Positions 37,486 to 51,146 of a DNA stretch of 64,000 nucleotides are shown piece by piece. The notes beneath the pieces were generated by a model that saw nothing but the letters and a program-made list of their open reading frames with translations, searched no databases and was not told the DNA's origin. Both the position numbers and the translations under genes were made by a program. Position 1 is the stretch's first letter, and each line of letters opens with the position of its first letter. This DNA is from Euprymna scolopes (lineage: Eukaryota): assembly GCA_053919585.1 (NCBI GenBank), contig CM132798.1; one strand, 5' to 3'.

Positions 37486-38252
37486 TCGTTGATTTTTGTT
37501 GTCGTAAACATTTCCCATGTGTAATTGACTCACACAAAATACTCTTGATTAGTCTCTTATCATCTACCATTGTTTAGATGTTTAGTCCACCTTGACTTGT
37601 TACGTGTAATCAACTTTTCAATGCAAATTACATTAGCTTGCATAACGAGATCCGTGTTAGAAGCAGAGACATCCGCTTGATGTCTAAGAAGTGTGTCTAA
37701 GAATATTCTATGGCTTTTTACTGGCTACCAAAAATTGCCTGTATTTTCAGGAGTAAATAAGTAAAATGATAATCATAGTACTAATGGTTTTATTGTAGAC
37801 AATAATCTTAGTACTAACGGTTGTTATATTTGTCAGACCATACTCGTCTGTCTAAACAAGATGACGTGTGTATTTGAACCCAGCAGTCAGGGTCCCGCAC
37901 CTAAGAAAATACTATCTAATTATAAAAATGTGCCAACCACAACTAGCCTTCCGTTGTGGGACATGGTGATTTTGTTGAACTTATAAGCCAGTCGCTGAAA
38001 ATGGGATGATGACCGTATTCTTTTAAGATTAATCGTAAACCCAATGATTTATGGTCTTCCATACTAGGGACCACAGGCTAAGCGGCATCTACATAGAACA
38101 ATCCACGGACAAGATGCTTAAAGACCCTTGAAGAAGTATGAAAGCGACAAAAATCAAATATCTTTTTCGTGGTTCTAAAAAGCAAATGAACAGCTAGAAC
38201 ACAATCTTTTAAGGCGTGGGAAAGCATACTTGAGGAATAAATAGAAAAAAAA

Positions 38253-38983
38253 GCTCTAGAAAGACACGACGACATACCAGCTACCAATTGGCAAAAAGAC
38301 GGCGGACGGGACATTATGGCAAACACGTTAAGTATTTTTTAAACTATCCTAAATGTTTCTTTTTATGTTACCTTGTTTTTGAACTTGTTTTCTTGTTTTA
38401 TTTATGTATTTGTCTGTATTCTCCTGTCTTACCCGTCACCCACCATGCTACAAAGTGAACGATTAAAACAAACAAAATGCCGGCAACTAACGATACAAAA
38501 ACAAGAAAAATTCCGGGAATTATTCTCTATTACAGTAGATAAACTTAGGACTTTATAAAAAAAAAGTTAGAACTTTTTAAACAATAAAAAATGTAAATTA
38601 AATATTGTACACATCTGAACGTGACGACTTTAATTCTATAAATAGATAGGCACTCGTCCAGGTTATGCGGAAATAGAAATCTTCTGACGCTCTAGAAAGA
38701 CACGACGACATGTCAGCTACCAGTTGGCAAAAAGACGGCGGACGGAACATTATGGCAAACACGTAAAGAATTTTTTAAAAAAATCATCCTAAATGTTTGT
38801 TTATGTTACCTTGTTTTTAAACTTGTTTTTCCTGTTTTATTTATGTATTTGTCTGCATTCTCCTGTCTTATTCGTCACCCCCATGCTACAAAGTAAACGA
38901 TAAAAACAAACAAAATTCAGGAAACTAACGATAAAAAATGCCGGGAATTATTCTCTAATTGAGTAGATAAATTAGGACTTTAT
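38253..38983 (+). repeat. Direct duplication (~300 bp units at 38253-38556 and 38689-38983)
   Basis: CTCTAGAAAGACACGACGACAT...AAGACGGCGGACGG...AGTAGATAAA...AGGACTTTAT occurs twice. Confidence 0.9.
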
Positions 38984-39405
38984 TTAAGTAGCATACTTAA
39001 TATATACTATTACTGCAAGCTTGCCCATATTGAAACTGCTTGCTTCCTGGGTATCCAATCAACCTATCTAATATAGTTAGTCTTATTTTCAATTACATTC
39101 GAAATATAATACAGTGCCATTAGCAAAGAAAAAGTTACCTATGAAAATGAACCTCCCAAAGTAAAACCTGAACAATTATCTAAACTCGAATGAAAATTAA
39201 TATTAAGCCAACTTTACAAATAGATCTAAGTTAATTACTGGATATTAATAAATTATGAGGTGAAACTTCAATGATTAAAACTCGATAAATAACGACGAAC
39301 TTCCACCCATTAATATGGGAGGGGAGATTGTCATCAAAAGTGTCCTGAATTGTTAACTTAGCACCGGACGTACTACTTAGATATAAATAAGTTACTTGTA
39401 TCAAT

Positions 39406-42400
39406 TCCCCCCCCCCTTTTTAATGGAGAGTAGATAATACAGTGGATGTGTTATCGGCAGCTCTAGTAACTCTCGCTTCTCCTTTTTTGTCCCTTAGTCC
39501 TCATTCAATGAGCGATGTTTCTGACAAAGGGTGAAGAAAAAGCTGCTTAAAGGTCGGTAGTACTTGGTGACCAGTAGTCTGAGATGTCGGAAATTTTTCC
39601 GTCTCTGTCTGTCCTTGTGGGCATGTCACTAGTAAGGGTGCTGGAGGTAAACGTTTTGTCTGGGCTTACGTAATCCGCCTGATAGTCAGGGACTCGAACC
39701 ATGGATTAACCACTATGGAGGCTGTCCTCTCAGCAGGCACAACGTACTGGGACTGCTGTATTGCCATTTGGTGAGTGGATCTGGACCATGCAGTAGTCTC
39801 TGGTGGGGCCTCTCGATGCCACACTAGTGGGTAATTGTTACGGCTTTACCTTTTCGTGTGCTACAAAAAATCCTTTCTTTTTCTCTCTTTCTTTCCCTCT
39901 CCGTACTGCTCTTACCAACTATGCCGACCTATTCCACAAATCCCAAAACCTCAACATTAAATATCTCCAGAATAAAAACTTGAATAAACCAAGACCCCCA
40001 TCTTCCAACGTAGACCCCTACTATCAGGTCTCCTTCTCCAACATCAGGGGTCAACGTTCAAACCTTTCAAGAGGTTGAACCCCAATTACAGGAGACGAAA
40101 CCGAACATATTCTTTCAAAGCGAAACTAGAATAGGGCCTACCACTCCCCTAGATGATTTCATAATTAACGGATACTCTTACTTTACAGCTAAATCTGACC
40201 CCCAAGATCGCCATGTTCATGAAATATGTACCTACGTATCATATGGCTTCCCATGTGGCAGGGGCATCTCTAGAGAAGATACTAATTTACCCTATATGTG
40301 CTTAAGGGTTGGACTTGCTTACACCACAGCATTTATATTTGCTCTCTATCGGCCCCACTACAGATGAGTTACTATCTTTAAGAGCATATCTTAGAAAATA
40401 GACCACATCCGGTCTGCACATCCCTCGGCTAACATCCACATATGTGGTGACTTCAGCGTCAACAACGTGGAATGGCTGACACATTCAAATAAGACAAACA
40501 ATGAGGAGAGGTTTTATCATTATTTTGCCATAGCTTATGACCTCACTCAGATTGTTCGCGAACCAACCTCTGTGCCCGATACACCCGGTCAATATGCAAG
40601 CCTCCTAGACCTTTTTCTCTCAACTTCTCCTGAGCTATGTTCATGTTCCATTCATTTTCCTCTCGGATCTTCCGACCACTCCGCTGTATCAGATAAGATA
40701 AAAACGAAATGAAATAAGTCCCCAGACGTACCCCTCCTACGTACTGTATACCGATACTCTATGACTTACCGGGATAGCTTCTGTACATCCATATCTGATT
40801 TACCTCTGCACTCCATGTTTAAAAAGGAAGTGTCCTCCATAGTATCAGATCTGACCGAATGGTTTATTGTAGGCATAGACCAATTCATACCATAAAAAAT
40901 TCCAACAAAAACCTAACAGCCAGCCATGGTTCTCACCAGAAGGTGCTGCTACTATCGCGCACAGAAATCACCTCTTTCCATAGCTATCAACGTAATAAAT
41001 GCACTGAGACTAAAGCTGCTTTCAGGACTACCACCAACTACTGTAAAAGAGTAATAAATAAATGCAAGAGAGCTATATGCACAGTATGTACAATCCAAGG
41101 TAGCTGATCAGCGGCTTGGTTCCCACCAGTTTTGGAAAATAAAACAAATAGTATCCTGAACAGTAGTATGCGTTCTATCCCAACCATTATCAATGGACCA
41201 GCGGTCATCTCGTCAGCGTCAGATAAGGCCAAACTATTTGCAAAGAACTTTGCAGCTAATTATACCCTATGCGACGAAGGCCATCAACTCCCCATATTTT
41301 CTCCTATAACACAGAACAAGCTAGGTAACATACAAATATCCGTGCATGAGGTCGCCAAGCTAATCAAGAACCTAGATTCCAGTAAAGCAACTGGCCCTGA
41401 TGGATCCCAATTATAGTGTTAAAAATGCTTCAACCAGAACTTGCTCCCATACTTACGAAACTTTTTAAGCGCTGCCTTAAGGAGAAGTGCTTTCCTACTT
41501 CCCTGGAAGACCTCATCAGTTTGCCCTGTATTAAAGAATTCAGGTGATAAGTAATCTCCCTCTCAGTACAGACCAATAAGTTTCTTGTGTGTTATAAGTA
41601 AGTTGCTGGAACCCATATTAAATAGAGAAATGGTCAACCGGCTCAGCAGGAAGAACCGTCGTAGTGACACACAATATAGTTTCCGCTCTGCCAGATCTAC
41701 CGCAGATGTGCTGACGGTTATATCCCACAGGATTAGTGAATCTCTTGACAAAAGCTTCTTTTCTAGTGCAATTGCTCCCGACCTATCAAAGGCCTTCGAA
41801 AAGGTATGGCATAAGGGTCTACTTCACAAGATTTCCAGCTACGGTATAACTGGAAATGTTTTCTCAATCATAAAATCACTTCTCTCCGATAGGCTCAAAG
41901 AGTAGTGGTAGATGGACAAAAATCGGAGGCCTGCAATATAAATGCTGGAGTCCCTCAGGGGTCAATCCTGGGCCCAACTCTCTTTCTGATCTACATCAAT
42001 GACCTCCCTAAACACATACTTAAATCATTCGTTGACATCTATGCTGATGACACGACCATCTACGGCAACACATCAAAGGCTGTAAATGACAAAGCTCTCT
42101 CTGATTCTCTCTCCTCTGATCTCGAGCGCGTGGTTCAGTGGGGGAAGATGTGGCTGGTTACCTTTAATGCATTCAAAACCAAACTCTTATGTTTAATTCA
42201 TCAACGCTCTGATTCCCATCTGGCATCAATTGTGATGGATGGCTCTCGTCTGGGTGAGGCCCCGTGTTTTGACAAGCTTCTGGGTTTGACCTTTACTCCT
42301 GATCTGAAATGGAACACGTACATCAATCTGTTGCCAAGGTCGCTGGAAAGATGGTGGGGTCCTTCTACCGCTCCAGAAGATATATCTCTACTGATGCAAT

Positions 42401-42959
42401 TCTCTATCTATATAAAAGCCAAGTACGTCCAAGGGTGGACTACTGTTGCCGTATCTGGGCAGAAGCTGCTAAAAACAGCCTATCCTGCCTTGACAGAGTA
42501 CAAAATAGACTCAGTGGCCTGTTTCATTACCCTGCAACGTCTCTCCCACAGGAGAGAGATTGCGGGCCTATCCTTATTTTATTGTTATTTCCATGGCAAG
42601 TGCTCGTCTGAACTCCAATCCCTGGTCCCCCCTCGCCAATCTTTCACGAAAAACACCCGTCTAGCTGAATCCACTGTGAAAATTTCCCCACTCTATATCT
42701 ATGCCTTAATCAAAACGCAGATTCCATGAACAAATCTTCTTTCTTAGAACTGCACGCCTGTGGAACTCTGTTCCGTCTGCCTGCGTTCCACCGGACTACA
42801 ACTTGGATGTCTTCAAGTCCAACGTTAACAAATTCCTAATGAACCGCCCCTTAAGTAAACACTTCATCAAATCTCCACACTAACGTAATGTACTTGCAAT
42901 AACCCTTATCCCTTAGTTGCTTCCGGGTCTTGATAAGTGGTGATCACTGTGTAAATAAA
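39406..42959 (+). mobile_element. Near-full-length APE-RT LINE family A (frameshifted, inactive)
   Basis: The leader is homologous to 21975-22500. Motifs VSFSNIRGQRSN, LTQIVREPT, PLGSSDH, KATGPDG, GVPQGSILGPTLFLIYINDL and YADDT are present, with the 3' CTTATC/GATAAG stem-loop. Confidence 0.94.
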
Positions 42960-43610
42960 GCATTGATGTTTGTGTATCATCCTGCTTTACTCCATTGTAA
43001 ACTTAGATTATTTCAGATTAGCAGCATTTCAAGTTATGACGAGCTTTTATATTAGTATTAATCTCCATGAGTAACCGCAGGAACTGAGGCGGCCATCCTA
43101 ATGTTTCTTCAATTGCTAATAGTGCGTTTTTATTTTCCGTAAGAATAACATTAGTCGAATCACCAGAACATGATAAATTAGAGTATCATGTCCAGTTCAC
43201 TTAAACTTGAAATATATAGCAGATGATATTGCCTCTCGTCCTTCTACCCAGATGGAAACGTAATTTTCTTTCTCTAAGTAGAGACGAACAAGTATATTTG
43301 ACAGTATTAAGTGAAATTTTGAAAGATACCTTACATAGTGCTTATAACAATCTAATTACACGATAGTTTCCACAATAAATTTTGGATCCGGTTTTTTTAC
43401 AACGATATGAGAATTGGATCGATGAATGCACAGTTACACGGTCTCGAACATCAATAATAATCTGAGGAATATCACAAACATGTTTTGTGCCCTTATGTAA
43501 GAAGACTTCCACAAGACTACCATCAATCCATGTTGCCCTCCCTGTATTTACTAATTTTAATGTGAATCAGCCAACATTTTTAGATGCAACTCACTGTTTG
43601 CACTAAGGTG

Positions 43611-43611
<1 letters not shown>

Positions 43612-43659
<48 letters not shown>
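43612..43659. repeat. (TTA)n microsatellite
   Basis: Directly visible. Confidence 0.97.
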
Positions 43660-43660
<1 letters not shown>

Positions 43661-46311
43661 AGAATCATTATCATCGAACCGATCCTGATATTTGTATTCG
43701 CAGAAACCTAGAACACTTACGTGTATATAATAGAATGTATATTTAAAATGCACTCATGATTCTTCGAAAACAGTAAAATTGACTACTGATATAAATTTGT
43801 TACATAACATTTGATAACCTAGTTTGGATATATAATCACACCTATTATCTTAAATCCTGAACTAAATTTACTCCTATTACACATTTTCTTTTTTCCGCAT
43901 ACCAAAACGTGATTAGTGCTGCATTCAGCTACACACATGAGACACGCACTGTAAACCACTTGCAATACTGCCTTTCTAGAAATAAAGAAATCAATCACGT
44001 GAACCTGTTTTAAGCGACGATGGTGCAAGTATATAAATGGACTTCTTTGTTATTGAAATAGTAGTTACAATGTCACCCAGCACATAGCCAGCGAAAATAC
44101 TGATCATATTGTTAACCATACCCACACTAAGCTTACCAACGTGTATTAAGCTTTATGCAACATTGCTCATCTTATTGGATAAGAGAATATAATGAACTCG
44201 TATTAAACGGAACGGCTGTTAGTGACACCTTTAAGTGGTGTATTTGTCAACAGGGATGATAGTGGAATATACAGAAAAGCGACGTCTACGTTAAATGGAG
44301 ACGCGTATTGACACGCCACGCAGTTTTGTTATTTAGTCAACTTTACCAATTCAGACCACACTGCAAATCCAATTCCACGGTCTCACTTAAGACTTTATGG
44401 CTTACTTTAAAAAGATGCATCCATGACCCAATTCCACAATTGGATCTTTGTTACTTAATCGGTTACCCATTCTAAAAGAATCAAGGTTTATAAGAATAAT
44501 AGCTGTTCTGTGCTTAGTTTTTTACTAGGCAGTACATCATATAGAGTTATCACGTACGTCTAATAGAGTTATCACGTTCGTTTCTGAAATGAATCTTTTT
44601 TATTGTATTTGTTTCATATGTTTTCAACTTTTAAATTTTATGTATTCAAAGGTTGGCCACATTTAGATGATATTAATTAGATCCTTCCCAAATTACCGAC
44701 TGGGCAATGTATGAATTGAGAAGGCTGCTCAAACACCAGATCATTCACCGAAGATTGCTTAATTCTGGATATGTTAGATAAAGAACGTGCGATCGATTTA
44801 CAATTTATAGCTATGTACTTCCAGCACGGTACTTTATAGCACATCACCACTCATGCATCTCTTTATGACTTTCGGAACGATATCTGCACATGATGATTGC
44901 GAACACACGCGTGCAACACATATTTACTCTTTGAACCATTTCACTGAATTAACAACGATAAACCGTGATAATGTTTGAGTTAGATTAGGTGTTCATATTT
45001 ATTGTTACGGGGATTAATCTNNNNNNNNNNNNNNNNNNNNNNNNNNNNNNNNNNNNNNNNNNNNNNNNNNNNNNNNNNNNNNNNNNNNNNNNNNNNNNNN
45101 NNNNNNNNNNNNNNNNNNNNNNNNNNNNNNNNNNNNNNNNNNNNNNNNTCTGTCCAGCACTCTAGGCACAATGGGGTTGAAGTTTGAGCGTTCTTTTAGC
45201 TAGTTGTATAGTCGATCACAGTTGACCAGTTCCATCTACCCTTGCTAGTAAACCCATAGCTAGGGGCCGCTTTGTTGGCACAAAACGTGTCCACACGTCA
45301 GCGATCATGCATATTGAACGTTTGAATGGTAAGTCTTTTCTAACTCTCATGTACCAAGTTTCCTTTAGCCACCAGGTGGAGGCAGCACATAGGGTTTGCT
45401 GACTGAGAGCTTATGTGCATAAGGAAGCATACAGAAACATCCAGGCTCATTTTTGTAATGATGTAAGACATATGTGTGTGTGTGTGTGTGTGTACTTACA
45501 GAGTGACCCGACGATTCCAAAGATTGAAGGATGATAAACGAATGACTAACACTCTCATAATGATGAACCCGAAGGAAGATTCAGAAGCCTCTCACACTGA
45601 CTATCCATAATATATTGTAGTCTACATCGAAGTGTAGAGAACCTACTGTTGATTTTTATAAAACTTATTTAGATATATTGCTTGTATTAAAGTTTTAAAT
45701 GCAAAAACCAAGTATCATGCTTCAATTTTGCACTAAACAGATACATGTATTTCGAATGTGCACCTGTCATATTCGAAACGCNNNNNNNNNNNNNNNNNNN
45801 NNNNNNNNNNNNNNNNNNNNNNNNNNNNNNNNNNNNNNNNNNNNNNNNNNNNNNNNNNNNNNNNNNNNNNNNNNNNNNNNNNNNNNNNNNNNNNNNNNNN
45901 NNNNNNNNNNTTAAAGTTTTAAATGAAAAAGGCAAGTGGCATTTTTAAATGGTGCTTTAAACAGAAACATTCATTTTGAATGCGCCTTGCATATAAAAAA
46001 CAAGTGTTGATTTTATATTTTGGTCCATTCGGCTAGTTTGGTAATAAACTTCCTAAATGCATTCGTTATATAAGGTTGTGTCAGACGTTAATTTTAGCGC
46101 AAATCGCTTGTTCATTTTTTTATCAAATGTTTTCCATTTTCGATTATCGATACTTATCGACGATATTCTGACACTAAACCTATTTAAGGAAATTGCCAGC
46201 CAAAAATATACCTTCGTGTGAAATTTCATAAAAACAACTCAGGCGTTTTCGAGTTCACATATACACAGACACACATATACACCGACACACTATGCTGCTT
46301 TTTTATAATGA

Positions 46312-47816
46312 CTAGCGGGGGGTACTCGGCGTTGCCCGGGTATTTGTAGGTGTGTGTGGTTTGGGTAAATGAAAAGAAAAATCGTTGGTTGTTTAAAAAA
46401 CACGCAGTGTTGACGCGTAGGTGGAAAATAGTAAAGTGTGAAAAAAAACGTGCGACCTGTTTTGATTTAGGCACAGATATAGAGTGGGGACATTTTTCAC
46501 AGTGGATTCAGCTAGACGGGTGTTTTTCGTGAAAGATTGGCGAGGGGGGACCAGGGATTGGAGTTCAGACGAGCACCTGCCATGGAAATAACGATAAAAC
46601 ACGGATAGGCTCGCAACGTCTCTTCTGTGGAGAGAGAGGTTGCAGGGTAGAGAAAAGGGCATCCCCCACTAAGCCACAGAGTCTATTTTGTACTATGTCA
46701 AAGCAGGATAGGCTGTTTTTAGCAGCTCCTGCCCAGATATGGCAACAGGATTCCATCCTTGGACGTACTTGGCGTTTATATAGATAGAGAATTGCATCAG
46801 TAGTGAGATATCTTTTAGAGCGGTAGAAGGATCCCACCATCTTTCCAGCGACCTTGGCAACAGATTGATGTACGTGTTCCATTTCAGATCAGGAGTAAAG
46901 GTCAAACCCAGAAGCTTGTCAAAACACGGGGCCTTACCCAGACGAGAGCTATCCATCACAATTGATGCCAGATATGGATCAGAGCGTTGATGATGTAAGG
47001 ATAGGAGTTTGGTTTTGGATGCATTAAAGGTAACCAGTCACATATTCCCACACTGAACCACGCGCTCGAGATCAGAGGAGAAAGAATCAGAGAGAACGTT
47101 GTCATTCACAGCCTTTTATGTGTTGCCGTAGATGGTCGTGTCATCAGCATAGATGTCAACGAATGATTTAAGTATGTGTTTAGGGAGGGCATTGATGTAG
47201 ATCAAGAAGAGAGTTGGGCCCAGGATTGACCCCTGAGGAACTCCAGCATTTATATTGCAGCCCTCCGATTTTTGTCCATCTACCACTACTCTTTGAGCCT
47301 ATCGGAGAGAAGTGATTTAATGATTGAGAAAACATTTCCAGTCATACCGTAGCTGTAAATCTTGTGAAGTAGACCCTTATGCCATACCTAGTTTTAACTA
47401 ACTTTGGGGAAAACCAGCTTCGTGTTTATTAGTGGGAGGCTCTCGTCTCGGAATGAAAGCAACCGTGTGCTGTGATGAAGCCGACATTGACCAAACGTTA
47501 TATAGCTTTCTAGGGACCACTGGCCCTGGGCCAGTAATTCAAATCGCGTTTCGCTTTTTTTATACCGAAAAACCAATGCAACACGTGCCAATCCGAAAAT
47601 GTTGAATAATTAACGTTTCAAAGTCGGGCTAATTAAATAGCGAAGCAACCACCGTTGTTGTCGTAGATATTATCATTTATACGATTTATATGTGATACAA
47701 AAAGTTTTAAGAATGAGCGACGGCCTCGACAATCCGTCGGAAATAAAGCCTTTTGAAGAAATACACAAAACGCGAACAAACATACATACACACATTTTCG
47801 CTTTTATATGTATAGA
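46312..47816 (-). mobile_element. Non-autonomous Helitron enclosing an internal LINE RT fragment
   Basis: The minus strand starts TCTATACATATAAAAGCG (47816) and ends CCCGGGCAACGCCGAGTACCCCCCGCTAG-T (46312). Confidence 0.65.
46459..47389 (-). mobile_element. Internal LINE family A RT fragment lacking both 5' region and 3' tail
   Basis: Reverse-complement homologue of ~41803-42716 (VWHKGLLHK to LSVPKSK); abrupt ends on both sides. Confidence 0.93.
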
Positions 47817-48391
47817 NNNNNNNNNNNNNNNNNNNNNNNNNNNNNNNNNNNNNNNNNNNNNNNNNNNNNNNNNNNNNNNNNNNNNNNNNNNNNNNNNNNN
47901 NNNNNNNNNNNNNNNNNNNNNNNNNNNNNNNNNNNNNNNNNNNNNNNNNNNTATACGTTTAACTAAATAAACAACAAGAGTCTTGGTATGGTTGATACAT
48001 TTTTTTATAAATAACTAGAGAGTTCTGAATGTGTATATATATGTACTCATATTACAGATTTAGAAGAGATGATGTATGTATTTGTTGTTCGTGTTAGAGT
48101 GTTCATGTTGGTGTGCAGATATATCGCGTATATATAAAGAGAGAGAGACAGATCTGTATATATAAAGAGACAGGGTTCATGTTAATACAGAAGAGCCGAC
48201 GGTGTGTAATACACAATGAGAGGAGATTTGATATATAGACAGATAGACTGAGAGATAGTGCGTTTGACATTCATTGCTTGACATTTCTGTGAATGGGAAT
48301 GTTTCTATAACATTTACACGTATATTTTTTATCTATTTTTGAGATGATGATTTTCACAAAGTTCTTATAATATAAATTCACAATATCTTTC

Positions 48392-48818
48392 TGTTGAATA
48401 ACATAAAACAAAGACGCAGTTAAAAAAAAATTGCAGTAGTTCGTTTATTCTATTTCGACCGGTCAATGGTTTTACATCAAGGAATTCAAGTCTCTACATG
48501 AATCCTTCTTCTCCCCTTCGCTTCGAAGGTTCGATGTCAGCTCTATCTCTGACTCCTGACTTCTCGCGTCTCCCCTGACTGACTGACTGACTCACTCACT
48601 CACCAAATTACCCTCTGCCAAGCTCTTACTATATTGAAAACTCATGACGTCACTGCATGACCAACACGGGCATATAGGCTCGTGACCGGACACGCCTCAT
48701 GTTTTAAAGCATGCATCGCGCTTCCCATGTTTACAACCCGATTTCTCTAACCTATTTTCCTAACCCACTTTACAAATAACATTTTCCATAGTTCGTTTTT
48801 AAATTCCTCATCATAACA
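48392..48818 (-). mobile_element. Possible solo LTR
   Basis: TGTT...AACA termini. The minus strand has a TATA-like ATATAGTAAG, (AGTC)n and AATAAA about 55 bp before the terminal CA. No target-site duplication is seen. Confidence 0.4.
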
Positions 48819-50270
48819 TACCTTTTTCAATAAACAGATATCTAACTATTTTATGTGACCTAAACAATGGTAATTCTACATTTCGTATTATTCATTTTAA
48901 CTTATGATCGGAATATCGAATTCCAAATCTTGCTTCGCAATTTCGAATCCTTGGCTATCCCATCGCATATTTACTCACCCACCAGAACAGGCGGTTTGTT
49001 CTTGTAACAATTAGTCTTGCACTTCTAACGCTGGTGTATAGAAAACGAAAAATTCAGTAAGATATTTGGATTTTAGTAGAGATTTGGTTGATATTAAAAA
49101 TGAGTGAGAATAGTTATGTTGTAGATACATTTCAAAATGATTACACTTCGATGCTAAAATGTTGGACATGAGGAAGTATTATTAATATTATTTTGATAAT
49201 TTTTACATTACATTTCGCCTAAGATAAACGCTGGCTGAGCGAGAATGTACTATTTCTGTATTTTGAATAAAAAGATAAATTACCGAGTTGAACGGATAGA
49301 TTTCTGTGTTTAACAGGATACACTAGAAGAAGCTCGGAGATAATTCGCTTGAAATGGTGTACAAATAACATTCAGTATCAGAACAGTATTAAGGATAATT
49401 TAAATTACGTTTTCATATCGTAAGGCATCAACTCCATCATTCATCAATGACAGTTATTTTCATTTCATATGTCGGAATTTATGTTTATTGTTATACTCAT
49501 AATTTTATATGAGTTTCTCTATTTCCTGACTGTTTCAGAACAACATATGGGAGGGAAATGTGTAATATTTTGTGGCCTAGCCATTATTATGTTTTAGAAA
49601 TTTTCTATGGTGAGACATCATGATATATATTCTTGATAACTAATCCGAAGTGTGGGAATATATATAGATACGTGACCAAAATACCGTCACTCCTTCAAAA
49701 TAAACTTTCCATACGCTTGCCACCTCAAAGATCTAGACGGTCTTATATTAAATTAGATTTGCTCTCTCTCTCTCTCTCTTAATGAACCTACATAGAGACA
49801 ATATCAAGAATGAGGGGGTTCTTTTGTGAAATTCCCATAGCAACACACCCCAACCGCGAAAACCCCATATCCTCTCTATACTTTCCCCTACCTTACAACA
49901 GTAGAATCCATACCCCAAGAAAAATAACCAGAATTCACCAAAACATATACCTATATAGGTTAAACCCTCACTTTAATTAAGCTGAGCCCCTGTAACCACA
50001 TATCATCATGCAACGATATGAACGCAGAAGTGAACAGGGAATACCCCTAACAACGCTAATAAAATATGAAATCTAAGAACACTCCTGTCTCAATTAAATA
50101 AGCCATCATGGGTGATTCCAAACTTTTTACCACTTACACCAAAAATTCTGTGGCCAATGCATGTCTGAGTCAGTTATAATAATAACGTATCCACAAAATA
50201 ATAATTTAGTTAATACTAGAAGTGAATTGATATTCCCATGGAACCATATAATTAAATACAAATATAATGT

Positions 50271-50925
50271 AAAAATGGTAGGATCCTTTTACCGCTCTAG
50301 AAGGTATCGCACTGCTAATGCAGTTTTCTATCTATATAAAAGCAAAGTACTGCAAGGATGGAATACTGCTGCCACATCTGGGCAAGAGCTGCTAGAAACA
50401 GCCTATCCTGCCTTGACAGAGTACAAAATAGGCTTAGTGATTTTGTGGGGATTCCCCTTTTCTCTTCCCTGCGACCTCTCTCCCACAGAATATTTGCGAG
50501 CCTGCCTTCGTTTTATTGTTATTTCCATGGCAAGTGCTCGTCTGAGCTCCAATCTCTGGTCCCGCCTCGCCAATCGTTCAGGAAAACCACCCATCTCGCT
50601 GACACCACTGTCAATAAATTTCCCCACTCTTTATATGTGCCTAAATCAAAACGTAGATTACATGAACAAAGCTTCTTTCTTAGAAGTACACGCCTGTGGA
50701 ACTCTCTTCCGTTTGCCTGTTTCCCACCTGACTACAACTTGGATGTCTTCAAGTCCAACATAAACAAGTTCCTGATAAATCGCCCCCTTAAGTAAGACAC
50801 TATATCAAATCTCCATTACTAACGATTACTATGATATTATCCCATTGATTACTGTACACGCAAGTACACTTATCCCCAAGTAGCTTCAGGGACTTGATAA
50901 ATGGTGACTACAATGTAAAAAAAAA
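50271..50925 (+). mobile_element. 5'-truncated LINE family A copy
   Basis: ORF 50358-50795 (MEYCCHIW...SFFLRSTRLWNSLPFACFPPDYNLDVFKSNINKFL), 3' stem-loop and poly-A. Confidence 0.93.
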
Positions 50926-51102
50926 CTTATTCACAACTTATTCCCCACTCATCTTTAATGCATTTTAAATGCTACACGGGTCTTTCGTTACTTTATTTTT
51001 TCAATTAACTCTACCTCCACAAAATAATTAACAGTATCAGTAGCTACCAATGAGATTATATATCATGTAATTTTTTACTCTCCATAATTATATTTCAAAT
51101 GA

Positions 51103-51146
<44 letters not shown>

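Noticed and set aside
41905-42729. 274 aa RT ORF as an active or domesticated RT
   Set aside because: It is frameshifted at both ends, with many stops in the rest of the element.
47468-47505. GTGATGAAGCCGACATTGACCAAACGTTA as a hammerhead
   Set aside because: Both conserved boxes are broken and stem II does not pair; it is too degenerate to support.
6908-47951. ORFs spanning X runs, and the similar-sized N blocks
   Set aside because: These are assembly gaps or masked simple repeats and carry no biological signal.
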